The translations under genes and the position numbers were made by a program. A model generated the notes under the pieces. That model was not told where the DNA came from. It saw only the letters and a program-made list of their open reading frames with translations, and ran no database searches. From NCBI GenBank assembly GCA_050951325.1, contig JBMNIW010000012.1, positions 32,001 through 96,000 of the forward strand: a stretch of DNA of 64,000 bases, in the 5' to 3' direction. The DNA comes from Clostridia bacterium. GTDB taxonomy: Bacteria; Bacillota; Clostridia; UBA1212; DUPL01. This document shows, in pieces, positions 61,767-64,000 of the stretch; the stretch's first letter is position 1, and each line of letters starts with the position of its first letter.

Positions 61767-63116
61767 TCAGTCAGCATAAGAGACCAAATCCGTATCGTAA
61801 GTAAGATATGTAGGATACTTTCCTTTCATGTATATTACATCGGTGTCGTCATGTGCGTTGAAAGGTATGATAGGCCTTATCAGCACATCCGTATCGGAAG
61901 TATCCAGCACCGTATGCGTCCAAGTTTTGCCGTAGTCTGAGGTCACCCACTTTTCAATAGACCACACTCCATCCTTTTCTTTGGATACATACAATGTCTG
62001 CATGTCTTTCTTGTCGAAGGATATACCGCCAAAGTACCTGTTTCCAGGAACAGCAGCCCAGCCTGAGTCGGTTACTGTCTCCAATACCCATTCACCAGTC
62101 GATGCTTCGTAATAGCAGTATTTATAGGAGCAGTTTTCAGGTCCTGTGAACACACCAAACAGACATGCAACCTTATCCCCCATAAAGGATGTGTCAAACA
62201 ATCTTGTTTTAAGCTGGACTTCCTCGGGTACATAAGCTGCATCAAAATCTCTTGGAGTAAGCATTGATGCCTTGCTGGTGTTCAAATCACCAATATGCTT
62301 TCCTCCGGTTGTGTATATATTGCCATCCTGATCAAAGTAACCATAACGTATGGCCTGGTCTTTTCCGTTGTTTGGATGGCATGTCATGAATACATTTATC
62401 TTTCCTCTTGTTTTGTCCGCTTGTGTCCAAAGATAATATTGTCCTCCATTAGGCTCGTTAAGCCAGACCACTTCTTCCGTCCAGGAGTCAGTGGAGTAAT
62501 CATAAACCCGTGTTGCCCAGTTGTTCATACTGTACCTGTAGAAGATTCTGTATTTGGTCTGTCCAATTCTATGAAGCTGGATATATGTAACGGAGCCGGC
62601 ACTTGTTATGCTTTTCTCCTCTGTGAAATTCGATATGTCTTCCACATCAGATATTCTCCATCGGATAAGCTTATCCGCACTGTGTCTTGCATATACGGCC
62701 AAGATTTTGCCATCAGGTAATATGCCTAAAGCAGCCGAGTTATGGTCGTCTTTTTCAAAATTGGCCAGAGTGAATGTCACATATTGTCCTGTCTCGTGAT
62801 CAAGGGATGTAACACTCATCTGGCCATTTTCATTTACATACGAAAGATAAGTTTTGTCTTTCTGTCCTACATATCTCAATGCGAGCGCATTCGTCCACCA
62901 GGTATAGGCTCCGTCTTTGGCAAACACTTTTGGAACTCCTGGCTCGGTGGTCCTGTTTGCAGAAGCATTCAGTTCAGTACCCCAGGTCCAAGTTTCTTTT
63001 TTCATAAAACCTCCACCTTCAGTCAATTTAGGAATGTATATTATGCTAATTGCTATTAAAACAGCACAAACAACAAGTACAATAACGGTTAAAACAATTC
63101 TTGCAGTTGTATTCAT
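61767..63116 (-). CDS. BNR-4 repeat-containing membrane-anchored protein
   Basis: GAYTWW, DDHNSAA, YARHS, VTYIQ, SDYGKTW Asp-box. Confidence 0.75.
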   Translation of the reverse strand: MNTTARIVLTVIVLVVCAVLIAISIIYIPKLTEGGGFMKKETWTWGTELNASANRTTEPGVPKVFAKDGAYTWWTNALALRYVGQKDKTYLSYVNENGQMSVTSLDHETGQYVTFTLANFEKDDHNSAALGILPDGKILAVYARHSADKLIRWRISDVEDISNFTEEKSITSAGSVTYIQLHRIGQTKYRIFYRYSMNNWATRVYDYSTDSWTEEVVWLNEPNGGQYYLWTQADKTRGKINVFMTCHPNNGKDQAIRYGYFDQDGNIYTTGGKHIGDLNTSKASMLTPRDFDAAYVPEEVQLKTRLFDTSFMGDKVACLFGVFTGPENCSYKYCYYEASTGEWVLETVTDSGWAAVPGNRYFGGISFDKKDMQTLYVSKEKDGVWSIEKWVTSDYGKTWTHTVLDTSDTDVLIRPIIPFNAHDDTDVIYMKGKYPTYLTYDTDLVSYAD

Positions 63117-63223
63117 CTAATCCCACCCGACAACATACTGTTAAGTCCAGTCTATAGACTGTATATGCACATGTCAACTGCGATAATTGAAAGAATCCAC
63201 TCATTAATATGTAAATTCCACTT

Positions 63224-63976
63224 TTAGACAGAGAACTTCTTTCTATACTCTCCCGGGGTAAGTCCGTATCTTTTCTTGAATTCATTGTAAAAATACTTGC
63301 TGTCCTTGTAGCCTACATAATTCATAATTGAAAGAACGTCTGAATCGGAGCTGCAGAGCATGTGTGCAGCGGTTTCAAGCCTTATCATTTTTGTGTATTC
63401 GGTCAGAGTAAGACCTACCTTTCTTTTAAACAGAATTGAAAAGTATTTTGGTGTAACGTGGGCTTTTTCAGCAAGCAGCTTCAGGGACACCTTTGAGTAG
63501 GAGGATGTGTCCTTAAAGAAGCTGTTAACAAGCTCCAGGAGCTCGTCTCTTGTAAAGTACTGGTTTTGCTCGGAGCAATTATTTACAGGACGCAGCATCT
63601 TCAAAAGGAGGCTTCGGAAGTGATTCTGCAGGATTTTCTCATAGCCTGCCTTTTTGCTGTAGTACTCATACAACATATCCTGAATAATGTTTTTAAACTC
63701 CGCACCTCTCCCCTTGATAACACTTGCTTTAATGTCAACCTGGCAGTCCTTTGGCACTGCTTCGGGCAGGAATATTACATTTATCCAGGCAAAATCCCTG
63801 GAAAGTGGCTGAAATTTGTGGGTATCGTCTTGTACGACACTGACCAGATCACCTGCCTTTATGTTCTGTTGAACGTCGTTTACGGAATATAGTCCATGTC
63901 CCTTTGTTATGTACGTAATTTCAATAAAATCATGAGCGTGTTTCATTATGCCATGGTTGAACATGGATTCGTTCAT
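63224..63976 (-). CDS. AraC-family transcriptional regulator
   Basis: Cupin HAHDFIEI; HTH YFSILFKRKVG...VGYKDSKYF...FKKRYGLTPGEYR. Confidence 0.95.
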   Translation of the reverse strand: MNESMFNHGIMKHAHDFIEITYITKGHGLYSVNDVQQNIKAGDLVSVVQDDTHKFQPLSRDFAWINVIFLPEAVPKDCQVDIKASVIKGRGAEFKNIIQDMLYEYYSKKAGYEKILQNHFRSLLLKMLRPVNNCSEQNQYFTRDELLELVNSFFKDTSSYSKVSLKLLAEKAHVTPKYFSILFKRKVGLTLTEYTKMIRLETAAHMLCSSDSDVLSIMNYVGYKDSKYFYNEFKKRYGLTPGEYRKKFSV

Positions 63977-64000
63977 ACATATTTTTTCTCCCTTTCTTGA

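Overview
Low-GC Clostridia-like chromosomal window; tgl suggests a spore former. It is rich in secreted and surface-anchored carbohydrate-active or unknown proteins, many as tandem paralogs: DcrB/PsbP-like lipoproteins, F5/8-discoidin lipoproteins, beta-helix proteins, metallophosphoesterases, and about six zinc-ribbon/TM/propeller-like genes. Housekeeping genes include T-box-controlled serS, cysK-mnmA, Rrf2, nadE, fetAB-like and pirin. Mobile DNA comprises an IS1634 with a perfect 51-bp target duplication, an IS4 lacking its left end whose 19-bp TIR recurs inverted 9.6 kb away, a Cys-rich IS30 with arrayed subterminal repeats and a nested IS91 fragment, and an RHS remnant. A 14-repeat CRISPR array with no cas genes in the window, plus a divergent 2-spacer mini-array, lies between serS and a GH95/beta-helix/GH43 operon. 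Two adjacent spacers appear to come from homologous coding sites. Single-base indels in core genes (serS, mnmA) point to assembly errors, so pseudogene calls are tentative. All family assignments are by eye from motifs; no database searches were run.
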